From positions 310,001-374,000 of the forward strand of contig JAPEUD010000007.1 of the NCBI GenBank assembly GCA_026026165.1: a DNA stretch of 64,000 nt. The letters are read 5' to 3'. The notes beneath the pieces are model-generated. The model had not been told where the DNA came from. It saw only the letters and a list, made by a program, of their open reading frames with translations, and did not search any database. This document shows, in pieces, positions 48,702-61,753 of the stretch (positions are counted from its first letter, which is position 1; every line of letters begins with the position of its first letter). Source of the DNA: Sarea resinae (taxonomy: Eukaryota). The position numbers were made by a program, and so were the translations under genes.

Positions 48702-50474
48702 ATGTCTTACAACATTGCGTAAGTTGTTTTGTGCTGCTGCTTGTCCCTCAACCGCGCTAATACCTCAATGCGGACAGAATGATATGTGACTTCTTCTTTC
48801 CACAGCCAGGTAATACTTCGGCGATTGCATTTTCAGTTCGTATAGAGGAATTGACGTTATATAGGAGGGATTGAGAGTCACATATACCAGCTGTCTACGG
48901 TACGTTGATCGTCACCCAAAGATTCTTCACCTCGCTAATAGCATCTATAGAAGCTCATTGATCGAGGCCACAAGGTTATCATCATCACGCATGCCTACTC
49001 AGGGCGTACTGGAGTCCGTTATCTCACCAACGGACTCAAAGTCTATCATGTCCCTTTCCTCGTCGTCTATCGAGAAACAACTTTTCCGACTGTCTTCTCC
49101 TTTTTCCCGATCTTCCGAAGCATCATTATTAGAGAGCAGATAGAGATCGTGCATGGACATGCTAGTCTAAGCAATCTCTGCGGCGAGGCGATATTACATG
49201 CGAGAACCATGGGATTGAGAACGGTCTTTACAGATCATTCTCTGTTCGGCTTCGCCGATGCCGCAAGTATCCTGACTAATAAGCTGTTGAAGTTCACTTT
49301 GAGCGACGTAGATCATGTCATATGCGTCAGCCATACCTCGTAAGTTATTTGACTAATTTGATCTGAGACTTTGTTGACCTCGAGTGTATGTAGAAAAGAG
49401 AATACGGTTCTCCGGGCATCTCTCGACCCTTTGATGGTCTCTGTCATTCCCAATGCCGTCGTAGCAGAGAATTTTCGACCGCTTTCATACCCGTCTGCAG
49501 ACCAGGACGCGAATCTGATTTCTCCAACCGACCCACGTCCGCCGGCGCCGCGGGTGCAACATCTTGGACCTCACGACACCATAACTATAGTTGTCATATC
49601 TCGGCTATTCTACAATAAAGGCACAGATTTGCTGATTGCTGCTATTCCGCGAATCCTGGCTGCACACCCTAATGTTAGATTCATTATCGCAGGGTCCGGT
49701 CCTAAAGCCATCGATCTTGAGCAAATGCTCGAAAGGCGTGTTCTTCAAGATCGAGTTGAACTGCTGGGCCCGGTCCGGCACGAGCAGGTGCGAGATGTTA
49801 TGGTGAGAGGGCATATATATTTGCATCCCAGTCTAACGGAAGCCTTCGGTACGGTCATCGTGGAGGCGGCTAGCTGTGGACTGTATGTTGTGTGCACAAG
49901 AGTCGGTGGAATCCCGGAAGTTCTTCCACAGCACATGACCACGTTCGCAAAACCCGAAGAAGACGATCTTGTTGCAGCGACCGGACGAGCGATCGCTGCC
50001 CTGAGGGCCAACAAGGTGCGGACGGAGAGATTTCACGATCAAGTCAAGATGATGTACTCGTGGACCGATGTGGCTCAGCGAACAGAGAGAGTCTACAATG
50101 GGATCTCTGGCGTTCTCAGCGAAGAGGAATTCTATGGGTATCACTCTGGTGGGGGCTGGAGTGCCACCAGAGGCCGAGCTGGTGTCCAAAGCTTCGCTCT
50201 GATTGACCGGCTAAAGAGATACTATGGGTGTGGAATTTGGGCTGGCAAGCTCTTTTGCCTCTGCGTCGCAATAGACTACCTTCTTCTTGTGTTTCTTGAA
50301 CTTTGGGCACCACGAGCCAACATCGACGTCGCCAAGGATTGGCCGCGGAAACGCAGGATCCAGCATGATATTGGCAGGGATGGGAGAGTGCGGGGTTCGA
50401 TTGATAGAGACTCGAGCAGGAAGAGGGGCATAAGAAATCGGGAGGAATGGCAAGATGCCAGGCCCTCAACTTGA
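48702..50474 (+). CDS. SPT14: GPI-GlcNAc transferase catalytic subunit (PIG-A/Gpi3/Spt14)
   Basis: Short exons [44 protein letters not shown]...; introns 48719-48777, 48810-48864, 48900-48950 and 49340-49393. [37 protein letters not shown]. Confidence 0.95.
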
Positions 50475-51460
50475 TTTCAACATTCATATCGTTATCCTCG
50501 TCTTTTCATTCTGAGGCGTTCCGGCTATATGAACATTCCGGGATACCTCTGTGCTTTCATACATGCCCTACTGACAACTCGGTTTTTGTTCAGCAGTATA
50601 CGAGCCTCATCCAAAACATCAAGACAACTCATCTATCCGAACAGGGACTGTATGCCGTATTACCTACCTACCTACGTGATAGAGATGACGTGGCACGATG
50701 AGCTATGACCTTGTTTGATAACGGTCTTCCTGGAGTGGTCTCCGGCGATGGTCAGAGTGCCTTAGGCGTAATCCATAACTCGACATCGAAGGATCTCAGC
50801 CGTTAGGGTGTTTCCTGTAGTACAGTGACGTCCCACGGCATAGCCGGGAAACCAAACGACGGGATAAAAATACGGGGAAGGAACGAGGGTACGGATTCGA
50901 GGTCGGACCCTGCATCGCGGTGCCTTTACATAGTAGTACTCGGTACGGAATACTCGGAGTACCTGCCCTGGTGGGGACCTACCCATAGTGCCTTGCTTGC
51001 TGCAGTAGTACCTACCTACTTACTAACCCAGGTACTGTGTAGGTACCGTATCCACGAGCGATTGACCCTACCCGTTCGTACTTCAGTACATAGTAGTGGT
51101 GCCTTAGCTTCATCCAACTTCCAATTTCCGTCTCAATAATTCTTGACGGTTGACTCATCTCATCAGCCTTTCACCGCAACTGATATCTCTCTCCTCCAAT
51201 CGTGATGAGACGCAGCTCAAACGACACACTAGACGTGTGCAGTGCTTCATGCGAGGAACAGCGTCAATAAATGAGACTTCGTCTAAGCTTTCTGCGTGCA
51301 GCCAGTAGATACCGCATGCGGATAGCATCATCACTTCATCATTGTGCGAAATCTGAGGGCTCCACTTGACTTGCCTATCCACCGACTGCGCAGACAAGAC
51401 ACATCTCAGAGACAGACACAACTGATCTATCAATCTCTCAATAGTCCACGGTCAAGCACC

Positions 51461-52225
51461 ATGTCGACCAATTTCATAGCCTTTCTGCCTCCGCCAGGCG
51501 CATCCATCTCTTCTTACAATCGAGCGCTTCCTCCCGGCGAACAGTCAGACGAAGTGCCTGAAATTTTCAGGGAAGCCATGTCGATTCGCGAGGAGGTATT
51601 TGTTCACGAGCAACATGTCGCACTGGAGAACGAATTGGATTCGGATGATGCACGCTCCTTTCACTGGGTAGTTTCCGCCTCGGTATCTAACACGCAGAAA
51701 GAAACGGCAGAAGGCAGGAAATCGAGTGAGACGAATCGTGTTCCTGTCGGCACGGTCAGGCTGGTGCCACCTCCGCATCCCCCTCACCCGAAACCGGGCA
51801 GCGACCACAAGATCGATAATGCTGAGGATGTGCCTCTGAAGAGCGAGGGGGTGGAGCCTACCGGTATGCACGATGGAAAGGAGCCCTACGTAAAGCTAGG
51901 TCGACTGGCAACATTGGCGCCGTATCGGGGGTTGGGGCTGGGACGATTTCTAGTAAACGCCGCGCTGGAGTGGGCAAGCAAGAATCGGGATACGGTCATG
52001 CCATTACCGGATCCGACCGTCAGAGAGGCGAAGAAGATGGATGGTGGGACTACTGAGGAAGAGATCACTTGGAAAGGGCTGGTGCTTGTGCATGCACAGA
52101 TCTCGGCACAGGGAATGTGGTCTAAACTGGGCTTTGTTAGGGACGAAGCAATGGGCACTTGGGACGAGGAGGGCATTGGGCATGTGGGTATGTGGAAGAG
52201 ATTGACGTTGCCCAAGGAGAGGTGA
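51461..52225 (+). CDS. GNAT-family acetyltransferase (ElaA/YjcF-like)
   Basis: IREEVFVHEQ, VGTVRL, KLGRLATLAPYRGLGLG (acetyl-CoA motif A), LVHAQ, WDEEGIGHVGM. Confidence 0.87.
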   Translation: MSTNFIAFLPPPGASISSYNRALPPGEQSDEVPEIFREAMSIREEVFVHEQHVALENELDSDDARSFHWVVSASVSNTQKETAEGRKSSETNRVPVGTVRLVPPPHPPHPKPGSDHKIDNAEDVPLKSEGVEPTGMHDGKEPYVKLGRLATLAPYRGLGLGRFLVNAALEWASKNRDTVMPLPDPTVREAKKMDGGTTEEEITWKGLVLVHAQISAQGMWSKLGFVRDEAMGTWDEEGIGHVGMWKRLTLPKER

Positions 52226-53174
52226 TGAGGATCATAGTGGACAAGGGCTCAGGGGAGGTAACGACGGAAGCGATGGAGAGCTGGGCCTTGGTCGAACCGG
52301 CAATCCTTTCCTCTTCTTGGAGCTTGATGCAATCTGGCGCCAAGGGACGGTGGCACGGATTCTCATAATATCCCTTCATTATTACCCCCTCCGTGGCGTT
52401 TACGGCGGAGATGGCTCCAATCATGCATCTGCATTTATGATTCTAAGCGACGGCTTTAAGAAATGCCATGCTCCTTCCTTTTTCATCTTATCCCTTTCCA
52501 CTTCTTTAAATTATTACCGTCATCTGGCAGTTGGTACAGAGTGATGATGCCTTCGCCCCTCGGGCTCCTCACGGAAGATTCTAACCACTTCCACTCCTGA
52601 TCTGTTTCTACTGTGCCGTACTGCGCCGTACGGAGCGAGGCACCGGACGCAACTGGCTGGGGCACGTATGGCGTACCAACAATGGCTTAGGTCTCCGTCT
52701 CAGCAATTTCTGCTCGTCCCCTATCGGCGTTCTCAACGCTGGCGAAGGTGAGAGGAGAGGTCGGCAGGGCCGAGATCTTGACAGTGTGTACTAGTGAGGG
52801 AGTTCCGATACTTCGATAAAAGGGGACGGGGACGGACCCTGGTGGGGGGAGGGGGAATCGACGTTGGGATCAAAGTGCCACCCCGATCTGCAAAGTACAG
52901 TAGCTGCTGGATTGTAGCGTGGATCGCATCGTGGATCGTACCTACATGATGAGATAAGTACGAGTGACAAGGGCGGAGTATGCAGTGTGCAGTTTACGGT
53001 ATGTACAAGCTACGAAGCTACCTAGGGTAGGTATGCATACCTTAGCCACTGCGCGCATGCGACGTCGTGTTGATTCTCTGGCCACGGGATATTCACAGGA
53101 TGCCTACCTAGCATGTACGCAGTAAAGAGTCCAACAATACTGGGTAGGTATGGATGTGTGTGGAGCCTCTCCAG

Positions 53175-53175
<1 letters not shown>

Positions 53176-53205
<30 letters not shown>
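53176..53205. repeat. (GCT)10 trinucleotide repeat upstream of the histidine kinase
   Basis: Read directly from the sequence. Confidence 0.9.
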
Positions 53206-54145
53206 ACTTCTACTGCCGCTGCTCCTGCTTCTTGTGACCATCAGCAAAGAGACACCACCTCGCACTCTTCAAACCTCGGGAAATTGTTCTGCGTTCGTGT
53301 CTCACATCATTCTACATCCCCATTTCCCGGTTTCCTTCATCTTACCCCATCTGACAGGACAGTCTTGTCTCGAGCAATACATATCAAACAGTCGGCCCCA
53401 TCTTATCAACTCCCATGATATTACGCCACGATCACTCAAACAGTCTAGTGACGGTTTTCCTCTGTAAGGAGTAACGGCAAATCGTACATCCGGAATCGAG
53501 AAGGTCTTACTGAACTCGATGGATGTTATTGTCCGACATCTAGGCCCGCTGGGACTGGGCGACCGGTGGACCTTGAAAGACAGCGACACCCGACTGTGCT
53601 GCCATGTAAGCTAGAAAGGGTCCAGGAAGGCTTCGAAAAAAATGACAGGGTCGCCGCTGCCTACCAGCCTTCGACAAGGCGGACAGAGCGCGGAAGAGAT
53701 AGCCTCTACGCCTGCTGTACGATCAGTCACGATACTAGAATATCAAGGCGTCACTCGTGAGCCTTACCTGCAGTCGATCGCGACCAGCCTACTCTCCAGG
53801 AAATGAGCCCGACAGACCTATTCTTATAAAGTGTTTTCCCCTGATACACCCCACCGTACTGGCGATCCTCTTACATCTCTGCCCCCGTACCCTCGCGGTC
53901 GTGGTAATTCGTGGTAATTGTCGGGCTGAATACCACTCAATACAGTGCCCTGCGACGGCCTTACTTCGCTCCGGGACTCGTCTGGCCCGCTGCGAGTGTG
54001 ACTTTTCGGACTCTACGCTTTTGCCTGCCACTTCCATCAGAAAGTCGCGGAAGGTCCTAGATACATGCTAAAGTTCGCAAACGCAAAGCGCTGGGGATAC
54101 AGCTCAGCCAATCACTGTAGCTGAATTGGAAACCTCCGAACGAAC

Positions 54146-57100
54146 ATGGCGACTCCCAAACCAAAATTAACCCGGGTTGACTACATTCGTTCGATCGAAT
54201 TGCACAAATATTACAGGCCTCCCGCTGTTGCACGGCTAGAATCCGGCACAACCGCCCCCCCTAGCATAGCCAACGTAACAAAGGCCTCGTCGCCGGATAC
54301 GGTATTGACAGCCTTTTCGCAGTTGGTCGCATGGCGTCTGAATTGCGATAGGGCCATGATAAGGTATCTCTACTACCATCGCTCGTGAAGAGCCATTTTT
54401 CTAACGTAAGGAAAGTTTGATAGATCGCGAGACACAGTATTTCATAGCCGAGTCCACCAAGACCTTGGATCTCGAAGACAATGACAAGCATGGAGACCCC
54501 TTAGATGGACTGTGGGTTGGCTGCTCCAGTGTCGCCAAGGAAGGCCGTCTCTGTGAAAGGACTTTAGCTCTTCCGAACATTCGTACTGGTTATCCTTGCT
54601 ATCAGGTGCGCGATATGAGCAAAGATCCCGCCTCCTGTGATTTACCCTTCGTCACTGGGGAGCCACATTTCCGATTCTATGCTGGTTGGCGTCCCTTTCT
54701 GTCGCATTGAGCGTTTGATTGACGTGATGCTAGGTACTCCAATCACCACAAGTAGAGGTATTCGCATAGGAAGTCTCTTCGTTCTTGACAAGAAGGTTCA
54801 TCCGGGGCTGAAAGAGGAGGAGAAAGAGGCAAGTGATGTCCATGGGGGAAATGCGCAACGCTAACATCTTACACAGATCTTGGGGCAAATGGCTAGCAAT
54901 GTGATGCGCCATTTGACAGTAGTTCGCGAAGCAGAAGAAAGAAGAAAGGCTTCCCGGATGAATTTGGGTATTTCAACTTTCGTTGAAGGTGGTATTTCGT
55001 TGACGCAAAAGGACGTCCCGGCCGTCACTCGAAATAGCTCTAGGGCCTCTAGAGCCAGCAGCGCCAGGGCGGGCAAAGAGACACATCGCGCCGAAAGGCG
55101 CAATAAAAGCACGACGACTGCTAAAGGTACAAGTAACTCCACCTGTAAAGGCATTTACCGAACCGCCGCCTCGAGTCCCTTAGCAAACCGTTGGAAGCTG
55201 ATGATTACACTCCAGTAGATTCGCCGGCGCAGCAATGGCAGGGGCAGGATTTGGTTTCAAGTGACACAGATGACACTGCGTGTTCCGAAGATGGACCGAG
55301 ACACGCTTCAGATGCAGAGCATCCGGAGGAAACACTTAGTCAAACATTCACACGCGCGGCAGACCTCCTGCGTGAGTCACTCGAAATCGAGGTTGGCGGA
55401 GGAGTGCTCTTTGTGTCGACAAAGATTGGATTCCCTGCACTGGAAAACGACGGCGAAGGTGTTGAAAGCGGTTTGAAGCAGCATCAAGGCCATCCGTGCC
55501 TTTTGGGGAAAGGCCACGACGAAGGGGATCAATCGATAACTTCATCGGCACCAATCACGTCCAGCACTCCTCAAAAAGCACGACCAGCAGAAACTTTGGG
55601 CTTCTCTCTTCCCGAAGGCGGCCCGAAAGCAAAACCTCCCCTGGATATTCCGGAAACGGTATTGGCTAATTTGATCAAAGCTCATCCCCGAGGGAAGCTA
55701 TGGGCATTTGAAGAGAAGGGGATCCTGTCGGGCTCGGACGATGACATGGCAGGAACGTCTGTGCAGAGCAAGGGCCAGAGCCACCATCGCGTCAGACGAG
55801 ACGGTGGAGTTGGAAGCAGGACAGAAGCTATGATACCGCGTCTGTTCCCAGGAGGTCTGCTCTAGAGCTCCTCGATTATGAGACGGAGCGCTAACAGGTC
55901 TTAAGTCCGAAAGTTGATTTTCTGTCCCCTCTACGATGCAGGCTCGTCTCGGTGGTTCTCTGGTTGCTTCGCCTGGACAAGGAGCGATCTGAGTAGCTGG
56001 AGTACCGAATCAGAGCTCACATTCGCCATAGCATTTGCGAATTGCATTATGGCAGAAGTCAGTAGGCTCGAGAGTGTTGCGGCAGATCAAAGTAAAGCCG
56101 ATTTCATTGGGAGTATATCCCATGAGCTTCGTAGCCCTCTGCATGGGATCCTAGCCAGCAACGAGTTTCTCGGAGACACGGATTGTGATGGCTACCAAAG
56201 AAATATGATCGACACAATTGATAGTTGTGGAAGGACCCTTTTGGTAATGGCGATGCCGTTTTGAAGAGATTTATCTGACAGAGACACAGGATACAATAAA
56301 TCATGTCCTGGATTATAGTAAGATCAATTCCTTTCAAAAGAGTTGGCAGCGTGCACAGAGGAAACACCACCGAGGACACGGCTATGGGAATCCTGCGAAT
56401 AATGCGGGCACTGTCGATGCAGTCAATCTTCTTGCCCAGGTTGAGGTAAATCATGTGCTGGAAGAAGTTATCGAAGGTAATTTCGAGCTTGTCCCAGAGC
56501 TTCTCAAGACTTTCTTGCTGATCCACTCAATCATTCCAGGCATATCCGCTGGACAGGTAAGCAGAGCTCCTATTCTTTGCTTCTTTCATACCTGTTGACC
56601 GCTTCAAGGCCTTCCAGTCTTCCGGATTAGAGGTAGTTGGAAGCGACCTTTCAGTGAAACCAGGGTCCTCTTCACGAACAACAGTCGTCATAAAGCCGGT
56701 TACCGTAATAATTGATATAGCTAAGCATGACTGGACCTTTGTCACGCAGCCTGGTATGCTACCAAGCAGGCGTAACTATCAAGTGCTAAGATTAGCAGGT
56801 GCTTTGCGGCGCATATTTATGAATCTTTTCGGGAACGCCATCAAGTACACCGAACAGGGTTACGTCGAATGCAAACTAGAAATCAGGAAACTCGACGAAC
56901 CAAATGCAAACGGGTGCCAAGAAATTGTTTCTTTCACTGTGTCTGATACTGGTAAGGGAATCAGCAATGAGTATCTGGGAACAAATCTCTTCACGCCATT
57001 TTCACAAGAGAATGCCATGGCACCGGGTACTGGTCTAGGCCTTTCAATTGTTAGAGCCATTGTAAGAATGCTGCATGGCACCATCGAAGTCAAAAGTGAA

Positions 57101-58567
57101 CTCAATAAGGGCACCGAAGTCCGAGTCTGTCTACCATTGGGACGAAGCTCGACAAAAGATACACCCCAATCTACACCTACTTCAGCTTCGTCTCCAGACC
57201 ATCCGCAGGAAGAGTCGATCAGCTTGCTTCGAGAAAGATGGAGAGGGAAATCTGTGGCCATCCATGGATTTGATCCTTCCGACGCCTCTGGCCCAGGTCG
57301 CGCTCAAGGACTACTTAAAAAGTCATTGCAAAACTACATCTCAGAGTGGTTCGAACTTAAGTCTATCAACGATTCTTCCCAACTGCCATCAGCCGATATA
57401 ATTATAGCTGAAGAAGATGATCTGCCGATGCTCTGTTCAACTGGAGTCGATCATCCACGAGGACAGCATCGACCTCCACTTGTTGTAATATGTCGCAACA
57501 CTTCTACATACTATCGGAATCAAAAATTTGCCGTTGCTCCTGGGGTAATTGAATTTGTGTCCCTACCTTTCGGCCCGAAGAAGCTTGCACGCTCGTTGCA
57601 TGTAGCTCTAGAGCGCGAGAATGAACTAAGGAGAAGGATCACAGGCCCGACACCTATTGACGCAATTCTTCGGGAGACTCATCTTGCTGGAGCAGACCGC
57701 GGCCCCTTGGGATCTCCTTTTGAGGAGGTTTCTCTAGAGAAATCATCAAACGTGTTGATGCCGGTAAATGCTTGCGATAACCGTATGATCATTTCCGACA
57801 AGGACAATGCGAATGCGCACAGAGCAGCGCCTGGACTATGTCCGTCACCTAGGGAGACGATTATCAACCGCACACCCGAGTATCCATTTCCAGCAGTTGC
57901 GGATGCAGATGCAATGGCATCAAAGAACGGCAGCACCAGTCGCGGTTCCAGGACACCGGAACAGGTCCGGCATTCTTTCCTAGGAGGTCTGAATATATCG
58001 TCCTCAGATACAACTCAAATAGGGCCTCAGGTCGGTCTCTCTCATGAAAAATGGTCATCGATTACTCTGAGGCCGACAATTGGAAAACGCTCGCCCAGGA
58101 TACTCCTTGTCGACGACAACAAAATTAATTTGAGACTTTTGGAAACGTTCATGAAGAAACGCAAATATGAAGCTGTCGATAAAGCGGAAGATGGCCAGTG
58201 CGCTGTCGAAGCCGTTCGAAGAAACAGCGAGGGCTACGATGTCATCTTCATGGACATCTCAATGCCTGTCCTCAACGGTTTCGAAGCCACGCGCCAGATC
58301 CGCCAGATGGAAGTAGAAGCCCGTTTTCGCATTGATCCTGTCCCTACATATTCAGCAGAAGACGGTAGTCCCTTGGCTGAAGACCGTCCGAAGCGATCGC
58401 CAGCTCTCATTATTGCGTTGACAGGGTTGGCAAGTTCGCGTGATCAGAGTGAAGCGTTATTGTCAGGTGTGGATCTTTTTATGACGAAGCCTGTTTCCTT
58501 CAGGGAGGTTGGGCGATTGTTGGATAATTGGGAGACGAATAATGAGACTGGGGCGGCGATGCATTAA
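54146..58567 (+). CDS. Hybrid histidine kinase (GAF - HisKA - HATPase - receiver), multi-exon
   Basis: GAF LTAFSQLVAWRLNCDRAMISLID...FRFYAGTPI; H-box ISHELRSPLHGI; N-box MNLFGNAIKYT; G1 DTGKGI; G2 GTGLGLSIV; receiver LLVDDN...FMDISMP...KP. Introns 54364-54415, 54685-54733, 54829-54876 (GC-AG), about 55127-55215, 55855-55905, 56244-56289, 56478-56539, 56557-56608 and 56754-56798. Confidence 0.93.
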
Positions 58568-58999
58568 AGGGTTGTATTCCGTAGATCGATGGAGTAGCAC
58601 AGGGAGATACCTATGGTGGAAAGGCACGGTGCATCAATCATGGCTCATGGCGCTTGCTTTATATAAAGCGGCCGATAGATGTGATCTATTTGGAATAAAA
58701 ATTCTGGCGCCTTCAGGAAAAAGGAATTTTGCCTCGCAGGAGATAGGTCGTTCGCGACTTTATCCAGTGCTCTATTGAATAACGCGACCTGGCGATGTAT
58801 TCATACGAAATTACTACCATACTTGAGTGAACTAAGACGTCACCATGGTCCGCGCAGACCCCTTCACACACTCCTCGACCACTATAATATGGCGGCAGGA
58901 GCCCGATAGAGATGAGAGCATCACTTTCACCCAGCATCATCAGCTTAGGACCGCAAGCTCACTCTGTAAATCAATTGAAAGTTATATGAGATACAATAA

Positions 59000-61309
59000 A
59001 TGTCTACCTTTCGACCCATTAGCCGTCCTCCCCGATCCAAGAAATGGAGACTGTCCCCTTCAACGAATCATGCAGACACCATCCTCGAGAATCCACCCAA
59101 AAAAGCGAAACTGAACAAACCAGCGGAGACGATCAAGGACCTAGAAAGAGCACCGTCACTGTTACGACCAGAGTCGCAGACAGAGCCGGTAGCTTCAGAA
59201 GAGCCCCTTCGGATCTTCTCCTGGAATGTCAATGGGGTCGCGCCACTTCTGGACCCCGTTGGTCCTCGTATCACTAGTTTCTTCTCTCCTCAGTCCTCTG
59301 GGCCTTCATCCTCGATAGATTCCAAGGACACTGCTGCTGCTGCTGCTGCGCTGAAAAATCCCTCATTACCATCGTCATCATTGTTGCTCTCGTCGTCGTC
59401 ATCTGCCGAAAAAGCAGAAACCGCACCACCAGACTCTCGTTCGCGTATCGGTTCCACGGGCTTATCTGATTTCCTCGCGCGTCATGATTATCCCCAAGTA
59501 GTTTGCCTACAGGAAGTCAAACTCGCGCCGGATCCGGACGAGCGTGCGATAGAGAGGCGGATCGAGCGGGCGGCGAATCGCGGTGTGGGCCACGCTGATG
59601 CTGCTGCTGCTGCTGCTGATGGGCCAGGTAAGCGTCTAGGTGAAGGTGGCAGTGATAGTGGCGATGATACCACATCATTGTCCCCACAATACCGACGTAC
59701 CTATATCGCACGTGTCTGCCTCCCGGACCCGAGACGATACGGTAATAGTAGCAGCGGGACCAGGAGCGAAAAGGGGGGACGACGACAGGGAGGCAATAGG
59801 AGCATCTATGGCGTGGCGACGCTGATGAGGCGGGACTTCTATGGCTCGTATGTCTGCGGCGTGCGGAGCGTGGGCTGGGATTTCGAGGGGAGGGTGCTGG
59901 TTACTGACCTGAGCTTTTCTTCAGCAGGAGGACGGATGGGTGGGAAAGAGGAAGGGGGAAGAGATAAGAAGAGTGCAGGCGAAGGCATGGAGAAGAGAAA
60001 GAAGAGAAAGAAGAGAAGGATAAATAGTGATGGTGATGGTGATGGGCATGGGAATGAGGTGAAAGTGGCTCTCTACAACGTCTACTGCCCCAACGGAACC
60101 TCGAATCCTTACCACTCCTCCTCCACCTCCTCCTCCTCCTCCTCCTCCTCCTCCTCCTTTTCCCATTCTGCAACTACTCCCACCACCATCACCCTCAAAC
60201 CCAACCAACAACATCCCCCCCAACAAACCCGCCACGACCGCAAACGCGCCTTCCACGCCCTCCTAGCCTCCGAATTGGCCTCCCTCGAAGCAAACCACAC
60301 GCACGTGATCCTCGCCGGCGACATGAACGTGGCCCGTGGCCCGCCGGACGCGTACCCGAAGCTGAGGACCTGGCCGAGGGAGCACGTGGTCAATCGAAGG
60401 GATTTTGAGGAGAAGTTTCTTGGGGGCGGCGGTGGTGGCGGTGGTGATGGTGGTAGTGGCCATGTGGGAGACGTAGTGAGGGGCCTAAATCCGGGAGAAG
60501 CAGAGGCAAAGGGGGCGAGGATGGTGGAGAGCAAAGGAAAAGAGATAGACAAAGGCAAAGTCCATCTGATCGACAGCTTCCGCCATGTCCACGGCGATGC
60601 CGAGAGGTCGTATACGTGGTTCAATCCCGCCGTCCCCTTTGGCCTCAGCGCCGATCGCGTCGATATGATCTTGTGTTCTCAGGGGCTAGTTCTTCGTGGC
60701 GGCGGCGGCGGCGGCGGTGCTGCTGATGATAATGCTATTGAAAAGGGGCATAAGCACAACCACCATGCCGACAGCGACAGCGACGGCGACGGCGACGGCG
60801 ATCGAGACGAGGAAAACGTCATCGACGACAACAACCGCATCCGCGGCTCTAAGCCAGATCGAAATCAAAAAGGGCGAACGGCAAGCCTTACCGATCCATC
60901 CGAACCAGGACCGCGGACAAAGGATCCAGAAGCTCGAGAAAAGGACGAGAATAGGTCCCTCTCAAGACATACCCGTACCCCAGACACAGACACAGACACA
61001 GACACAGACACAGACACAGACACAGATACAGACGCCAGCACAGACACAACACTAGCCCTCCAAAACTCCACCATCTACGCCACCCCCGACGCCCTCCATA
61101 AAGCTGCGGGGAGGGATAGCGATCATGTGCCGCTGAGCGCCTCGTTCTCTGTCAGCAAGTCACGGCACGCGCACGTAAAGAGAGCGAAGGGAGAAGAGCG
61201 CGAAATAGAAGAGAGAAGAGCTAGGAGAGATAGAGAGAAAGAAAGACAGGTCGGACGAGATGAGATGGAAGACTCGAATGGAGAGAAGGTTTATGTTGGG
61301 TTTGAATAG
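59000..61309 (+). CDS. ExoIII/APE1-type AP endonuclease (EEP superfamily) with large low-complexity insertions
   Basis: Motifs in order: IFSWNVNG, CLQEVK, YGVATL, EGRV, NVYCPNG, AGDMNVA, DSFR, YTWF, RVDMIL, SDHVPL. Confidence 0.88.
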   Translation: MSTFRPISRPPRSKKWRLSPSTNHADTILENPPKKAKLNKPAETIKDLERAPSLLRPESQTEPVASEEPLRIFSWNVNGVAPLLDPVGPRITSFFSPQSSGPSSSIDSKDTAAAAAALKNPSLPSSSLLLSSSSSAEKAETAPPDSRSRIGSTGLSDFLARHDYPQVVCLQEVKLAPDPDERAIERRIERAANRGVGHADAAAAAADGPGKRLGEGGSDSGDDTTSLSPQYRRTYIARVCLPDPRRYGNSSSGTRSEKGGRRQGGNRSIYGVATLMRRDFYGSYVCGVRSVGWDFEGRVLVTDLSFSSAGGRMGGKEEGGRDKKSAGEGMEKRKKRKKRRINSDGDGDGHGNEVKVALYNVYCPNGTSNPYHSSSTSSSSSSSSSSFSHSATTPTTITLKPNQQHPPQQTRHDRKRAFHALLASELASLEANHTHVILAGDMNVARGPPDAYPKLRTWPREHVVNRRDFEEKFLGGGGGGGGDGGSGHVGDVVRGLNPGEAEAKGARMVESKGKEIDKGKVHLIDSFRHVHGDAERSYTWFNPAVPFGLSADRVDMILCSQGLVLRGGGGGGGAADDNAIEKGHKHNHHADSDSDGDGDGDRDEENVIDDNNRIRGSKPDRNQKGRTASLTDPSEPGPRTKDPEAREKDENRSLSRHTRTPDTDTDTDTDTDTDTDTDASTDTTLALQNSTIYATPDALHKAAGRDSDHVPLSASFSVSKSRHAHVKRAKGEEREIEERRARRDREKERQVGRDEMEDSNGEKVYVGFE
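60981..61033. repeat. (CAGACA)n coding microsatellite, encodes (DT)n
   Basis: Read directly from the sequence. Confidence 0.9.
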
Positions 61310-61753
61310 CGTAGGATAGGGATACGGATAAGATAGGCGTAGGGATATGGTAGGCATAGGATAAGGAAAAGACATCGATAGAGATGATCACAGATGATGG
61401 ATAGATATGGATATAAATATAGATATATGTGTGGGGTCATTTTTTGAGTAGTCAGATGAGATAATGTACATGATGCTAGGTAGGGAAAACCCCCGCTTAC
61501 CCCTGTCCTCCAATGGATGCAGATCGCCATGCATGCGTGACGAAAGGAAATCGAATACAACTGTTTGTGTGTGTGAGGGCGGGGAGAATGGAGGGGCGGG
61601 TGCTGGTCTGGCGATGCTGGATGGATGGCCATGCATCCTATTTGCTGGTATGTCGACCTCACAAGCACACACCACCCACACGCCAACTGCCTGCTTCCCT
61701 CCCTCCCTCCCTCCCTCCCTCATTCACTCATGATCACTCCCTGGAGAAAAAGC

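Noticed and set aside
24662..50474. PIS1 and SPT14/GPI3 as a phosphatidylinositol/GPI cluster
   Set aside because: They are 23 kb apart with unrelated housekeeping genes in between.
51461..58567. Horizontal transfer of the GNAT and histidine kinase genes from bacteria
   Set aside because: Both families are normal in filamentous fungi, and the kinase has about nine spliceosomal introns.
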